From an uncultured Candidatus Saccharibacteria bacterium (GTDB lineage Bacteria; Patescibacteriota; WWE3; CAZQFB01): DNA of 64,000 nt. The stretch spans positions 19,043-83,042 of the forward strand of contig CAZQFB010000003.1 in NCBI GenBank assembly GCA_964592525.1, in the 5' to 3' direction. Positions 27,820 to 36,835 of this stretch are shown piece by piece. Positions within the stretch are counted from its first letter, which is position 1. Each line of letters begins with the position of its first letter. The position numbers and the translations under genes are program-made. The notes below the pieces were generated by a model that did no database searches, had not been told where the DNA came from, and saw only the letters and a list, made by a program, of their open reading frames with translations.

Positions 27820-27893
27820 TGCCGGATGGTGTAAAGGTAGCACGTCGGGTTTTGGTCCCGAAAATTGAGGTTCGAATCCTTGTCCGGCAGCCA
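27820..27893 (+). tRNA. tRNA-Gln (anticodon TTG), U1:A72, CCA encoded
   Basis: Acceptor TGCCGGA/TCCGGCA. Anticodon stem TCGGG/CCCGA with loop TTTTGGT. T-loop TTCGAAT. 3' GCCA. Confidence 0.8.
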
Positions 27894-28183
27894 AGTTTGA
27901 CGAGAGGCATAATTAGCTATCTTGTCAAAGGGTTTTACCCAGTCAAATTGGGCTTTATCACCCTTTAGCTCAATGTTCTGAAGTGTCATTTTCAAAAGTT
28001 GCCTTTTTTCGTGGGCTTCAGAACTTTCAAACAATTTCTGTGCATTGGAAGCTAGCTTTAGCACATAGTCAGCGGTTATGTAATACTCCTCATCCGCAAG
28101 GCGCAGTCTTGAAGTTTTAGTCTCAAGTTCCACCTGTTTAGCCCTATACTCTTTTCGTTTTTTCTCATACTCGCTCTCAGTAA
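27894..28183 (-). pseudogene. C-terminal fragment of a large serine recombinase (DUF4368-like tail), remnant abutting tRNA-Gln
   Basis: Minus-strand frame open from a stop at about 28184. It encodes ...EYEKKRKEYRAKQVELETKTSRLRLADEEYYITADYVLKLASNAQKLFESSEAHEKRQLLKMTLQNIELKGDKAQFDWVKPFD, a coiled-coil plus the E.KR.LL..L..IE......F...F tail seen at large serine recombinase C-termini. No catalytic N-terminal domain is present. The ORF track extends it across the tRNA on the opposite strand, which is an artefact. Confidence 0.4.
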
Positions 28184-28224
28184 TACGCCAAACTCAACCT
28201 CCTTACTTTTTATCAAATTTAACA

Positions 28225-29154
28225 TTGAGTTATAATTTGGAAATGAACTGGTTTTTAATAGCTCTCATCCCACCAGCTTTGTGGGCAGCCACTAATCACA
28301 TAGATAAGTACCTAGTAAGCAAATACTTTAAAGGGGCTGGAGTTGGAGCTTTGATGGTATTTTCCTCTTTAATCGGAGTGTTCCTATTGCCGATTATTGC
28401 CTTTCTGCATCCAGAGGTAATATCGTTTTCACATACGAGCATTCTGATAGCCTTAAATGGATTCCTTTACATCCTTGCCGTTCTGCCTTACTTTTACGCC
28501 CTTCAAAAGGATGAGACATCAATTTGTGTACCTCTTTTCCAGCTCATACCCGTTTTTACCTATGTCTTAGCATTTTTTGTTCTGGGTGAAACGCTTACTA
28601 ACAACCAACTGCTTGGCGGGTTGTTAGTTGTAACTGGAGCTATTGGAATATCACTTGATTTGACCAACATAAAGAAGATTAAGTTCAAAAAAGAGGTCTT
28701 TGGGTTAATGATGTTGTCGTCTCTGATTTTTGCCCTTAACTTTCTATTCTTTAAGTATTTTGCTATTCAGTCTAGTTTCTGGTTTACCAGCTTCTGGGAA
28801 TACGTGGGATTTGCAGTTTTTGCCTTTCTTCTTATGATTTTTGTTAAGTCATACAGAAAACAGTTCGTAACGGTAATGAAAACTAATCGGGTGTTCGTAT
28901 TGAGCCTTAATGGGCTAAATGAGATTGCGAATATAATTGCAAAGCTAGCTTTTAACTTCGCTTCACTTCTAACTCCGATAACAGTAACTTGGATTGTTGA
29001 TGGGTTTCAGCCATTTTTTGTTTTTACCTACGGTGTGTTTCTCACTCTTCTCTTCCCCAGAGTGGTAAAAGAAGACATTGGGCGAAAATCCTTATCTCAG
29101 AAAATATTGGCAATTTTGGTAATGTTTATCGGCACTTACTTCTTAAACGCCTAA
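28225..29154 (+). CDS. EamA/DMT-family (drug/metabolite) transporter
   Basis: 309 aa, 10 TM, two EamA-like halves. Confidence 0.65.
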   Translation: MSYNLEMNWFLIALIPPALWAATNHIDKYLVSKYFKGAGVGALMVFSSLIGVFLLPIIAFLHPEVISFSHTSILIALNGFLYILAVLPYFYALQKDETSICVPLFQLIPVFTYVLAFFVLGETLTNNQLLGGLLVVTGAIGISLDLTNIKKIKFKKEVFGLMMLSSLIFALNFLFFKYFAIQSSFWFTSFWEYVGFAVFAFLLMIFVKSYRKQFVTVMKTNRVFVLSLNGLNEIANIIAKLAFNFASLLTPITVTWIVDGFQPFFVFTYGVFLTLLFPRVVKEDIGRKSLSQKILAILVMFIGTYFLNA

Positions 29155-29260
29155 ATTACAATACTGCTCATTAAGATTAAACGTGGAAGAAAAGATTTTT
29201 AGGTCGCTCAAACTTACGCCAAACTCTAGTTTTTTGTTGCAGAATAAGTCCTTTAGGGGC

Positions 29261-29445
29261 AGCCAGAAAGAATTGGAAAGCCGCGAAGAGGTGGCGCTTG
29301 CCGCGCCCGCCTCCGCGGCAAGCGCGTCAAATCCGCCTTTTTTGAAACTTGCGGACAGCCGCCGATTCAATAATAAGAAGTTCGAGCCGACAGTTTCGGA
29401 GGCGCGGCGGGTGGGGGTGCCGCGCCGGAGCAAGCTCATGATCCT
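29261..29445 (+). other. GC-rich (about 60%) structured intergenic island with two perfect GC dyads
   Basis: CGCTTGCCGCG cccgcctc CGCGGCAAGCG (29295-29324), then spacer and T6. GGCGCGGC gggtgggggt GCCGCGCC (29401-29426). Local GC is far above the roughly 40% window background. The overlapping ORFs on both strands have no features. Confidence 0.4.
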
Positions 29446-29461
29446 TGTCCATCAGCAACAA

Positions 29462-29490
29462 ATCGAAAAGGGCTAGTAGCCCTTTTCGAT
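29462..29490. terminator. perfect 12-bp hairpin (ATCGAAAAGGGC tagta GCCCTTTTCGAT)
   Basis: Perfect inverted repeat between the GC island and the next gene. Weak T-tract. Could be a terminator or a protein-binding palindrome. Confidence 0.4.
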
Positions 29491-29510
29491 TTGGAGTATA
29501 ATCATTTCAA

Positions 29511-30020
29511 ATGGTTAAAGAAAAGAAGATATGGATATTAATTCTGGTTTTGTACACTTCAAACTTAGCCTTTAGTATTTTATACCCAACCTTCAAATCG
29601 TATCTATATTCAAAAGACACAGCGCCCATTTCTGTTCCTTCTATAAACCTGAACATAGATGGCTCGTCGAGCTCTTCGACGGAGTTAGTCCCACCCGAAC
29701 CCGCACCTTTTTTTCTGAAAGAGCTTTTGACTGACTTCACATTGAGTTACTTCCTGATGGTGTTTCCTGCGCAGTTATTGGGGTTTTGGTTGCTGACTCC
29801 CATTGTATGGCTTGGTTCTGGTTCCGCTTTTCTTCACCTTCTTCTTCAACCACCTATTTTGATTGCTAATATTTTGTGGCTTGGGGCCGTGGTGTTTGTT
29901 TTTCTGTTGCTTAAATATTCCAAGGGAATCCCAGTTTGGCGCCGTTTGCTGTATTGTTACTTGATTGCCACACAAATAGCGGCCTTTGGAGCAATCAACT
30001 GGGCACCTATTGGCAGCTGA
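29511..30020 (+). CDS. hypothetical membrane protein (169 aa, 4-5 TM)
   Basis: ORF with multiple hydrophobic helices. No motif recognised. Confidence 0.4.
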   Translation: MVKEKKIWILILVLYTSNLAFSILYPTFKSYLYSKDTAPISVPSINLNIDGSSSSSTELVPPEPAPFFLKELLTDFTLSYFLMVFPAQLLGFWLLTPIVWLGSGSAFLHLLLQPPILIANILWLGAVVFVFLLLKYSKGIPVWRRLLYCYLIATQIAAFGAINWAPIGS

Positions 30021-30324
30021 CATAACCTTCGCTAATTTACCTAAGTACGTTTCACACCTAGGTAAAGGCACGATAACTCACTCCAGAAAGGCTCCCTCTA
30101 ATTGAAGATCTTTTTTCACCTACAAACTAAAGGCATTCGAAAGAATACTATATACGCCTTTAAGTTGGGGTATAGTTTTAATTAATATATATTTGGATAT
30201 GCAAAATAGCTGTAGCAGCATCAACAGTCTGAAGATGAGCCGGAAAATAATGTTATTTGCAGCGTTTTTATTAATAGTTAGAATATAAAGATCTTCAAAT
30301 AATTCTCTTTGATACAATAGTAAA

Positions 30325-30801
30325 ATGCAACCTACCAGACAAACTCGTGCAGTATGCATCATGCTTAATGATAATAAGGTTCTCTTAATGCATCGCCTAA
30401 AAGACGGTGATGAATATTTCACTTTTCCTGGTGGTGGGGTGGAAGAAGGAGAATCAATAGAAGAAGCAGTTGTTAGGGAAGTCATGGAAGAAACCTCAAT
30501 GCCCACAAATATTGAGCGGTTGTTGTACGCTCACCATTATGAAAGCAGTGATCAATATTACTATCTATGCTCTTATATTAGTGGAGAGCCGGTGCTTGGG
30601 AACGCAATTGAGAAAGAAAGGATGGAGAAAGCATCCAGTGATATATATGGTCCAGAATGGGTAGATACAAAATTAATACCGAATTTGCTTCTATACCCGC
30701 TTGAAATTAGAGATTGGCTTATTGAAGATTTGAAAAACGGTTTCAAAAATGAGGTTAGAAGTTTAGATATAAAAACTTCTGAGCTTCGCCAAAAGATCTA
30801 A
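30325..30801 (+). CDS. NUDIX hydrolase
   Basis: Nudix box GGGVEEGESIEEAVVREVMEETS (GX5EX7REVXEEXG). Confidence 0.75.
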   Translation: MQPTRQTRAVCIMLNDNKVLLMHRLKDGDEYFTFPGGGVEEGESIEEAVVREVMEETSMPTNIERLLYAHHYESSDQYYYLCSYISGEPVLGNAIEKERMEKASSDIYGPEWVDTKLIPNLLLYPLEIRDWLIEDLKNGFKNEVRSLDIKTSELRQKI

Positions 30802-30840
30802 AAAATAATTAACTTCTCTCTGTTCAACAACACTAGAACA

Positions 30841-32091
30841 TCAACCAAACATCAAGACTTCTGGTTTGTAGATGAGTAACAAACCAATAATTACCATGAC
30901 CAGACCGCCAATTAAATGTGAATAGCGACTGTATTTAGTGCTGAAACCAGTCATTTCTAGAGTAAGCATGGCGGAAAAAAAGACCAGTAAATCATCCAGC
31001 ATGAATATAACGATATACATAAGCATATAGGCGTAATACTGCCAAGGTGATAAGTTATTGATCGCTAGTATTTGCGTAAATATGACCGGTAACCCAGCAG
31101 AGCAGATTAACTCAACCAGATTAACCGCAAAGGCTAACAAAATAATACCAACTAAAGCTAGCCACAACTGCTGTTGTTGCGTGATGGCTCGTAACCGAGC
31201 AAAGATGGCTTGCCTTTTGGCTCCTCCCGTCACCTTACAACCACTTTCTTTGCTGCAACTAAATTCTTTAAGGTTATACAGACCCCCGCCCAAAGCTACC
31301 AAACCAATGCCAATTTGGATTTTAGATAACTCCTTAGCAAACATGAGCAAATTCAACCAAGATGCCATAAAGACAAAATAAACCAACGACGATGCGATAA
31401 TAAAAGCTGTTCCCAGAAACCAGCGCCTTTTTTTGTCCGATAAACCAAGGAGTAAGCTAATTAAGAATAAGAGTACCCACATGGCACATGGATTAAAGCC
31501 ATCTAGACCAGCTAGGACGATAGTGATTAAAGGTAGAGATAAATCTTTTAAGTTAACCTTGCCAAGCACAGGCACATTAATTTCTTGAGTAATATCAGAT
31601 ACCAAGGATTGTTGTTCCACAGGTGTTGGGGTTTCCTTGTCTACACAATCACAAGGCTCTGTGTTGGGCATGGGGTCTGTGGTTGGTGGTGAAATTATTT
31701 CCTGCACGACGTCTTGGCAGCCATCATTCAAGAGGCACGTTACCGCTTTCTCTATAGAAGCACCGGTGGTGGCTTCATTAAGCCAACCAATAAAATATTC
31801 CTCACCCACCACAGTAAAAGGAACACCTTGCACATCAGCGTTTAGTTTGTCACTTACTTTGAGCCATAACTCAAAGTTAGCCTCATTATCCCAAACCTCA
31901 TACTCATAAACATTAACCTGGGGGTTATTTCTGGCTAAGTTGTCTAAATATCTTTTTTCCAAAGCACAATGAGGGCAACCATGCCCCCAAAAGAAATAAA
32001 TATTAGCTTGTGGTTCTTGCGCATTAGCCGGTAACGCCATAAGCGCTAATAAATACAACCCCAAGCTTAATGAGCTTAATTTCTTGATCAT
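30841..32091 (-). CDS. thioredoxin-fold domain fused to CcdA/DsbD-family disulfide-electron-transfer membrane protein
   Basis: N-terminal signal plus WGHGCPHCA (CxxC thioredoxin/glutaredoxin-like). Linker with extra Cys. C-terminal 6-TM region with LAGLDGFNPCAMWVL (the CcdA/DsbD conserved Cys). Confidence 0.65.
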   Translation of the reverse strand: MIKKLSSLSLGLYLLALMALPANAQEPQANIYFFWGHGCPHCALEKRYLDNLARNNPQVNVYEYEVWDNEANFELWLKVSDKLNADVQGVPFTVVGEEYFIGWLNEATTGASIEKAVTCLLNDGCQDVVQEIISPPTTDPMPNTEPCDCVDKETPTPVEQQSLVSDITQEINVPVLGKVNLKDLSLPLITIVLAGLDGFNPCAMWVLLFLISLLLGLSDKKRRWFLGTAFIIASSLVYFVFMASWLNLLMFAKELSKIQIGIGLVALGGGLYNLKEFSCSKESGCKVTGGAKRQAIFARLRAITQQQQLWLALVGIILLAFAVNLVELICSAGLPVIFTQILAINNLSPWQYYAYMLMYIVIFMLDDLLVFFSAMLTLEMTGFSTKYSRYSHLIGGLVMVIIGLLLIYKPEVLMFG

Positions 32092-32094
32092 AGT

Positions 32095-32364
32095 TTATTT
32101 ATCTTTATGTTCCTGAATTAACCTGACTAGCTCTGCCTTGTCCACCTCACCATGTAAACGTAACAACTCATTACCATTTTGGTCTAAAAAGATAAAGGTA
32201 GGTAATTTATCGGTAATGTTGTACTTTTCCACCATTTCTTTGTTCTCATCATAATCATACATTTCCGTTTCCAGCCAAGGATATTCTTTTTCAATTTCCG
32301 CCCAGCGTGGTTTCATAATCAAACACCCATTACACCACACCGCACCAAATTTTAGTACTTTCAT
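32095..32364 (-). CDS. thioredoxin-family small protein
   Basis: 89 aa with WCNGC active-site motif (FGAVWCNGCLIMKP). Confidence 0.7.
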   Translation of the reverse strand: MKVLKFGAVWCNGCLIMKPRWAEIEKEYPWLETEMYDYDENKEMVEKYNITDKLPTFIFLDQNGNELLRLHGEVDKAELVRLIQEHKDK

Positions 32365-32538
32365 AACATTTCACCACCCCCTTATATAGATTATATTCTA
32401 GAAGCAATGGTTTTAGCAGTTTTATCATAAACCACTCAAATTATTGTAACTTATCTTGAGTATTTTTGGCTAAACTAGATTAGCTAGCGGAGAGAAATAG
32501 GGGTGTATAGTGTATACTAATGACATGAGGAGGTTTAT

Positions 32539-33198
32539 ATGAAAAAACCAATCATTCTTTTAATCATTGTCATTACCGTTATACTGTTGGTGTTATTTAT
32601 CCGCCAAAGATCAACTGACAAATCACTCACGCAAGAAGCTAAGGAAGCCACCAAAAACATGCTTGACGAAGGAAGTAACCAAGCAGAAATATTTAAAGGT
32701 AGCTTAGAACAATTAGTAGCCAGGGGCTTACCTATGCAATGTACTTTTACTACTTCAGACAAAGCCGGGGATACGGAAGGTAAAATTTATGTGTCTGGTC
32801 AGCGGTTGCGCGGAGATTTTACCTTAACTAATACCGAAGTTGGGGATATGGACAGCTTTATTATTAAAGATGGAGATACTTATTATACTTGGAACTCAAT
32901 GACACCAGGTCAAGGTACAAAATTTACCATCACCCCAGATATGGAAGAGGCAGAGCAAAACGAAGCGATGCAGGTCTTACCGCAAGAAACTGATGTAGAG
33001 TATTCTTGTTTGCCTTGGGTAGTAAAAAGTAGTCTTTTTGAACCGCCCCAAGAGATAAGTTTTACCGATGCGACAAAGCAATTGGAAGAAGTACAGGAAA
33101 AAACACAACAACAATTGGATGTGTTATGTGAAAATTGTAATCAATTACCACCAGGTGAAGCCCAAGACCAATGTAAAGCAACTTTAGGTTGCCAATAA
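32539..33198 (+). CDS. hypothetical exported protein (N-terminal TM/signal, Cys-containing C-terminal part)
   Basis: N-terminal hydrophobic helix. No recognisable domain. Confidence 0.4.
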   Translation: MKKPIILLIIVITVILLVLFIRQRSTDKSLTQEAKEATKNMLDEGSNQAEIFKGSLEQLVARGLPMQCTFTTSDKAGDTEGKIYVSGQRLRGDFTLTNTEVGDMDSFIIKDGDTYYTWNSMTPGQGTKFTITPDMEEAEQNEAMQVLPQETDVEYSCLPWVVKSSLFEPPQEISFTDATKQLEEVQEKTQQQLDVLCENCNQLPPGEAQDQCKATLGCQ

Positions 33199-33209
33199 AG
33201 ATATAAATA

Positions 33210-34070
33210 GTGGCTAAAGATAAATATTCAGCTTTGTGGGTATCTCATTCCTCCATTAACACCTTCCGGCACTGTCCCAGAGCGTATTATTTAGCCAATG
33301 TTTATAAAGATCCCGCCACCCATCATAAAATAAGAGTCATTAATCCTCCTTTAGCGATGGGTCAGGTGGTACATGAGGTGTTGGAACAAATTAGTGTGCT
33401 ACCTGCTAAAGAAAGGTTTCAGCAATCTTTAGTATTAAGGTTAGATGCGGTCTGGTCTAAGATTACTGGTAAAAGGGGTGGCTTTTTGTCTGTGGATATT
33501 GAACATACCTACAAAGCAAGAGCGCAAGCAATGCTCAAAACACTTATGGACAACCCCGGAGTGTTAATTGAACCTGCCGTGAAGATTAAAGGAGACCTAC
33601 CTTACTTCTGGCTCTCCGATCAGGACAATATTATTCTTTGCGGTAAAATTGATTGGCTACAATATTTACCTAAGACAACTGCTGTTCATATCATTGATTT
33701 TAAAACTGGTAAGAGAGAAAAAGACGAAGAATCCTATCAATTACCTATTTACCAACTGTTGGTGAGTAATATCCAAACCCGCCCAATCCATGGATCTAGT
33801 TATTGGTATTTAGATTTAGGTGGGGAAATTGTGGACTGTAAACTACCAACGCTGGAAAAGTCTTACCAACAAATTATGGAGATCGCCAAAAAAATAAAGT
33901 TACACCGTCAATTAAATAAGTATCAGTGCCCACATCAGGGCTGTAATCATTGTTTACCCTTGGAACGGGTTATAAAAGGTGAGGGGGAGTTGGTTGGTGT
34001 TGATGAGTATAATAATGACTTGTACTGTCTACTAGATCGAGAAACAGAGCAAACAACTATTGTTCATTGA
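33210..34070 (+). CDS. PD-(D/E)XK nuclease-family protein with 4-Cys cluster (Cas4/RecB-like, standalone)
   Basis: Motifs GKIDWLQY ... IIDFKTGK (D ... D-x-K) and QLPIYQLL (QxxxY). Cys at RHCPRAY plus C-terminal CPHQGCNHC, consistent with a Cas4/AddB-type Fe-S nuclease. No CRISPR or cas genes nearby. Confidence 0.55.
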   Translation: MAKDKYSALWVSHSSINTFRHCPRAYYLANVYKDPATHHKIRVINPPLAMGQVVHEVLEQISVLPAKERFQQSLVLRLDAVWSKITGKRGGFLSVDIEHTYKARAQAMLKTLMDNPGVLIEPAVKIKGDLPYFWLSDQDNIILCGKIDWLQYLPKTTAVHIIDFKTGKREKDEESYQLPIYQLLVSNIQTRPIHGSSYWYLDLGGEIVDCKLPTLEKSYQQIMEIAKKIKLHRQLNKYQCPHQGCNHCLPLERVIKGEGELVGVDEYNNDLYCLLDRETEQTTIVH

Positions 34071-34084
34071 TAACACAAAAGGGC

Positions 34085-34112
34085 ACTCCCAAAAGGAAGT
34101 GCCCATTTGTGT
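34085..34112 (+). terminator. terminator-like hairpin after nuclease gene
   Basis: GGGCACTcc caaaa ggAAGTGCCC followed by ATTTGTGTT. Confidence 0.4.
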
Positions 34113-34202
34113 TGGCGACGTTAATTCGTCAACAAAGCTACTTTACCAAACAATTAAATTTTTGTCAACACCTTTGCTTTAATTATTTTAAACAGAGATA
34201 AT

Positions 34203-35471
34203 ATGACTATCATGGCATCTGCCCTTCCCACTGTACCAGAAATAGTCGCTTCCATTAGAACTAGCAAAAAAGAAAAACGGTTGCCTTTAATTTTAGCGCA
34301 GGCACCTCATCTGCAAGGTCAAGTGCTTGGTGCGCTGCCAAACAGAATTAGAAAACCAATCATTAACACTTTACAGATTAAAGAATTACTGATCATACTA
34401 AATCATTTAGACCCAACCCAAGCGACTGATCTACTGCAAACCTTGCCAGTGAGCAAGGCAAAGAAAGTAACCCAAAAGTTAGCTTATGAAACCCGTCAAA
34501 AAGTTGAATTTCTGTTGAAATTTGCTCCTGATACAGCTGCGGGTTTAATGAATCTTGATTATGTGTTATTACCCAAGGAAATAAAATTCAGCCAAGCTGC
34601 CGAGCTAGCTCTAGAACATGAAAAAAGAGCTGGTACCTTTCCTAACATTTTAATTGAAGATAATGGGCAACTAGTTGGTGAAGTACCGCTGCAGGAGTTA
34701 TTACGTCAACCGAGTCATAAAAAGGTTACTGATTCTATAAAACCGATTCCTTCCATAAGTTATTTAGCAGACTGGCGAAGCGTCACCCATAAATTCCAGC
34801 AACATCCTCATCAGGAATTGGTGGTGCTAGATGACGATGGTAGTGTTTTGGGTTTAATTCACACTGACGATATCTTAGCGCTGCTTAACCAAGAACGAGG
34901 GCATTCACTATATAGCTTTGCCGGAGTTAAAAGTGAGGAAGATATCTTGGATTCAGGCTTAAACAAGGTCCATTTTCGCTATCGCTGGCTAATTCTCAAC
35001 CTGTTAACTGCTTTTATGGCTGCTTGGGTTGTAGCTATTTTTGAGGGTACCCTTGAACGACTTGTGTTGTTGGCTGCTTATATGCCAGTGGTGGCTGGCA
35101 TGGGGGGCAATACCGGCACACAAGCCATGGCAGTTACCGTCCGAGGTTTGGTGTATCACCAGCCTTCCTTATCATTGGCAAAAAAAGTAATCAGTCAGGA
35201 AATCGTTTCGGGGATAGTTAATGGCTTTGTTATTGGTGTAATTGTGACGCTTGTGGCTTATTTGGTCCAGTCTAATTTATTACTTGGTTTGGTTGCTGGC
35301 GTGTCCTTAATTATCACTATGGTAGTAGCCAGTATGGTCGGTTCCCTGATACCCATTTTAATGAAGGCATTAGGTAAAGACCCCGCAAGCTCGGCTTCTA
35401 TATTTATCACTACCGCTACTGATATGGTTGGTTTTTTTGTCTTTTTAGGCTTGGCTTCGTTAATCCTCTAA
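34203..35471 (+). CDS. mgtE: magnesium transporter MgtE
   Basis: N-terminal MgtE_N-like region, CBS-like region, and TM domain with AAYMPVVAGMGGNTGTQAMAVTVRGL and C-terminal DPASSASIFITTATDMVGFFVFLG. Confidence 0.8.
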   Translation: MTIMASALPTVPEIVASIRTSKKEKRLPLILAQAPHLQGQVLGALPNRIRKPIINTLQIKELLIILNHLDPTQATDLLQTLPVSKAKKVTQKLAYETRQKVEFLLKFAPDTAAGLMNLDYVLLPKEIKFSQAAELALEHEKRAGTFPNILIEDNGQLVGEVPLQELLRQPSHKKVTDSIKPIPSISYLADWRSVTHKFQQHPHQELVVLDDDGSVLGLIHTDDILALLNQERGHSLYSFAGVKSEEDILDSGLNKVHFRYRWLILNLLTAFMAAWVVAIFEGTLERLVLLAAYMPVVAGMGGNTGTQAMAVTVRGLVYHQPSLSLAKKVISQEIVSGIVNGFVIGVIVTLVAYLVQSNLLLGLVAGVSLIITMVVASMVGSLIPILMKALGKDPASSASIFITTATDMVGFFVFLGLASLIL

Positions 35472-35475
35472 TTAA

Positions 35476-36282
35476 ATGAATAAGTACTTTTGGGTATTTG
35501 TAGCAGTAGGGCTAGTTAGTATTGTCTGGCTTGTACAACACCGTGTTGCTATCTTTAGTTCAGATAATTTGCCCAATATCATTGCAGAAAAACCCTTGCT
35601 GCCTAAAAAGATACCCATCTTGCTCTATCATTATGTGGAGATAGTAGCGGATGCTAATGATACTACTCGGCAAAGTCTCAATATTCCTCCCCGTGTTTTT
35701 GAGCAGCAAATAATTGACCTTAAGCAAGCTGGTTATACCTTTATTACTCCCCAACAACTTAGAGCGGCTTTAGATGATGATAGTGACACTAAGTATATTA
35801 TCCTCTCTTTTGATGATGGCTACCGGACTTTTTATGAACAAACTTACCCCATTATTAAAAGGCAAAATATACCGGTAGTCGTTTATGTGTTAGCGGGATT
35901 ACTAAACCAGCCAAACTATATGTACTCATGGCAAGTGCAAGATTTAGCCACTGATAAGCTAATTGAAATTGGCTTTCACGGCTACACCCACCAGACAATC
36001 ACCTCCTTAAGCGAAACCGAATTAAACTCTCATTTTATTTTGGGACTACAGATTTTAGAAAATATAACCGGTAATAAAGCAGTCTCATACGCTTATCCTT
36101 ACGGCATATACGAGGAGAGGTGCTTTACCCAGCTTAATGAATTAGGGTTAACTTCGGCGGTAACGACAAAGCCAGGTAACCTGATTAGTTATCCTAATCG
36201 CTATCAATTACCGCGTCTTAGACCAGGTCAGACTACCGGAGTAGCGTTGATTAATTTAATTACTGCTAACTATGAGTTTTAG
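35476..36282 (+). CDS. polysaccharide deacetylase (NodB-homology domain) protein
   Basis: N-terminal TM. ILSFDDGYRTFYEQTYPIIKRQNIPVVVYV and HGYTHQ motifs of the carbohydrate esterase family 4. Confidence 0.7.
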   Translation: MNKYFWVFVAVGLVSIVWLVQHRVAIFSSDNLPNIIAEKPLLPKKIPILLYHYVEIVADANDTTRQSLNIPPRVFEQQIIDLKQAGYTFITPQQLRAALDDDSDTKYIILSFDDGYRTFYEQTYPIIKRQNIPVVVYVLAGLLNQPNYMYSWQVQDLATDKLIEIGFHGYTHQTITSLSETELNSHFILGLQILENITGNKAVSYAYPYGIYEERCFTQLNELGLTSAVTTKPGNLISYPNRYQLPRLRPGQTTGVALINLITANYEF

Positions 36283-36405
36283 TTTAGCTAACTATGCTTA
36301 TAAATAAGGCTCTTTTAGACACCCATTCCCTATAGTATTGCTAATGGCTTAGAAATTGAGTAAAATTAAAATTAGCTAGTCTTTTCTAACAGAAAGGCGG
36401 AGGAG

Positions 36406-36822
36406 ATGGATCTCATCGACCAAGCGCAAGAGTGGGCGGAGCGGCAGAGGCAGTGGTGGCTTGAGGAAATGCAGCAACAACAACCAGAACGTCGGTTGGT
36501 AGTTGATCCACCCACGGGAAGAAATCTAGGAGTGGTATGCCGAGGAGATCTAGTAAGTCTCCTGGATGAGGGTGGTAATTTGTTAGAAGTACTATTGGTG
36601 AAGGTTAAAGGAATCCCTCCTGGTGAAGGAATACCTGAAGGTGTGGTGTGCGCTATACCGGGCAGTGGGTTGTATCAGGCGCTGCATCAGCGCCCCGCAC
36701 CCCAAGAGGGAGAGGAGATTGTTGTCAGAGTTGAAACAGGGGATGGGGAGATTTCGTTAACCCGCTATGTGGTTTGCGAGTATTGCCCACGCTGGTACGA
36801 AAGGCGTCGATTGACTACGTAG
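36406..36822 (+). CDS. hypothetical GC-rich ORF with Q-rich N-terminus and C-terminal CxxC
   Basis: 138 aa. Composition markedly GC-richer than its neighbours. Cys at VVCRGD, VVCAIPG and CEYCPRW. No family recognised. Confidence 0.35.
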   Translation: MDLIDQAQEWAERQRQWWLEEMQQQQPERRLVVDPPTGRNLGVVCRGDLVSLLDEGGNLLEVLLVKVKGIPPGEGIPEGVVCAIPGSGLYQALHQRPAPQEGEEIVVRVETGDGEISLTRYVVCEYCPRWYERRRLTT

Positions 36823-36835
36823 GCTTGTGGCAGAT

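Noticed and set aside
27789-27893. 3' part of the 114-aa minus-strand ORF from the track
   Set aside because: This portion is antisense to tRNA-Gln. Only the segment above 27894, the recombinase-like tail, is treated as a real remnant.
29143-29476. 97-aa (+) and 98-aa (-) ORFs in the GC-rich island
   Set aside because: They are mutually antisense, with Ala/Arg/Ser-rich composition typical of GC-rich non-coding DNA. The region is reported as a structured or foreign element instead.
30120-30506. 128-aa minus-strand ORF
   Set aside because: It overlaps the NUDIX hydrolase start antisense and runs through an AT-rich intergenic region. Low-complexity product.
34071-34202. Possible M-box riboswitch upstream of mgtE
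   Set aside because: The leader is only about 130 nt and shows none of the conserved M-box core sequence. Only a terminator-like hairpin is present.
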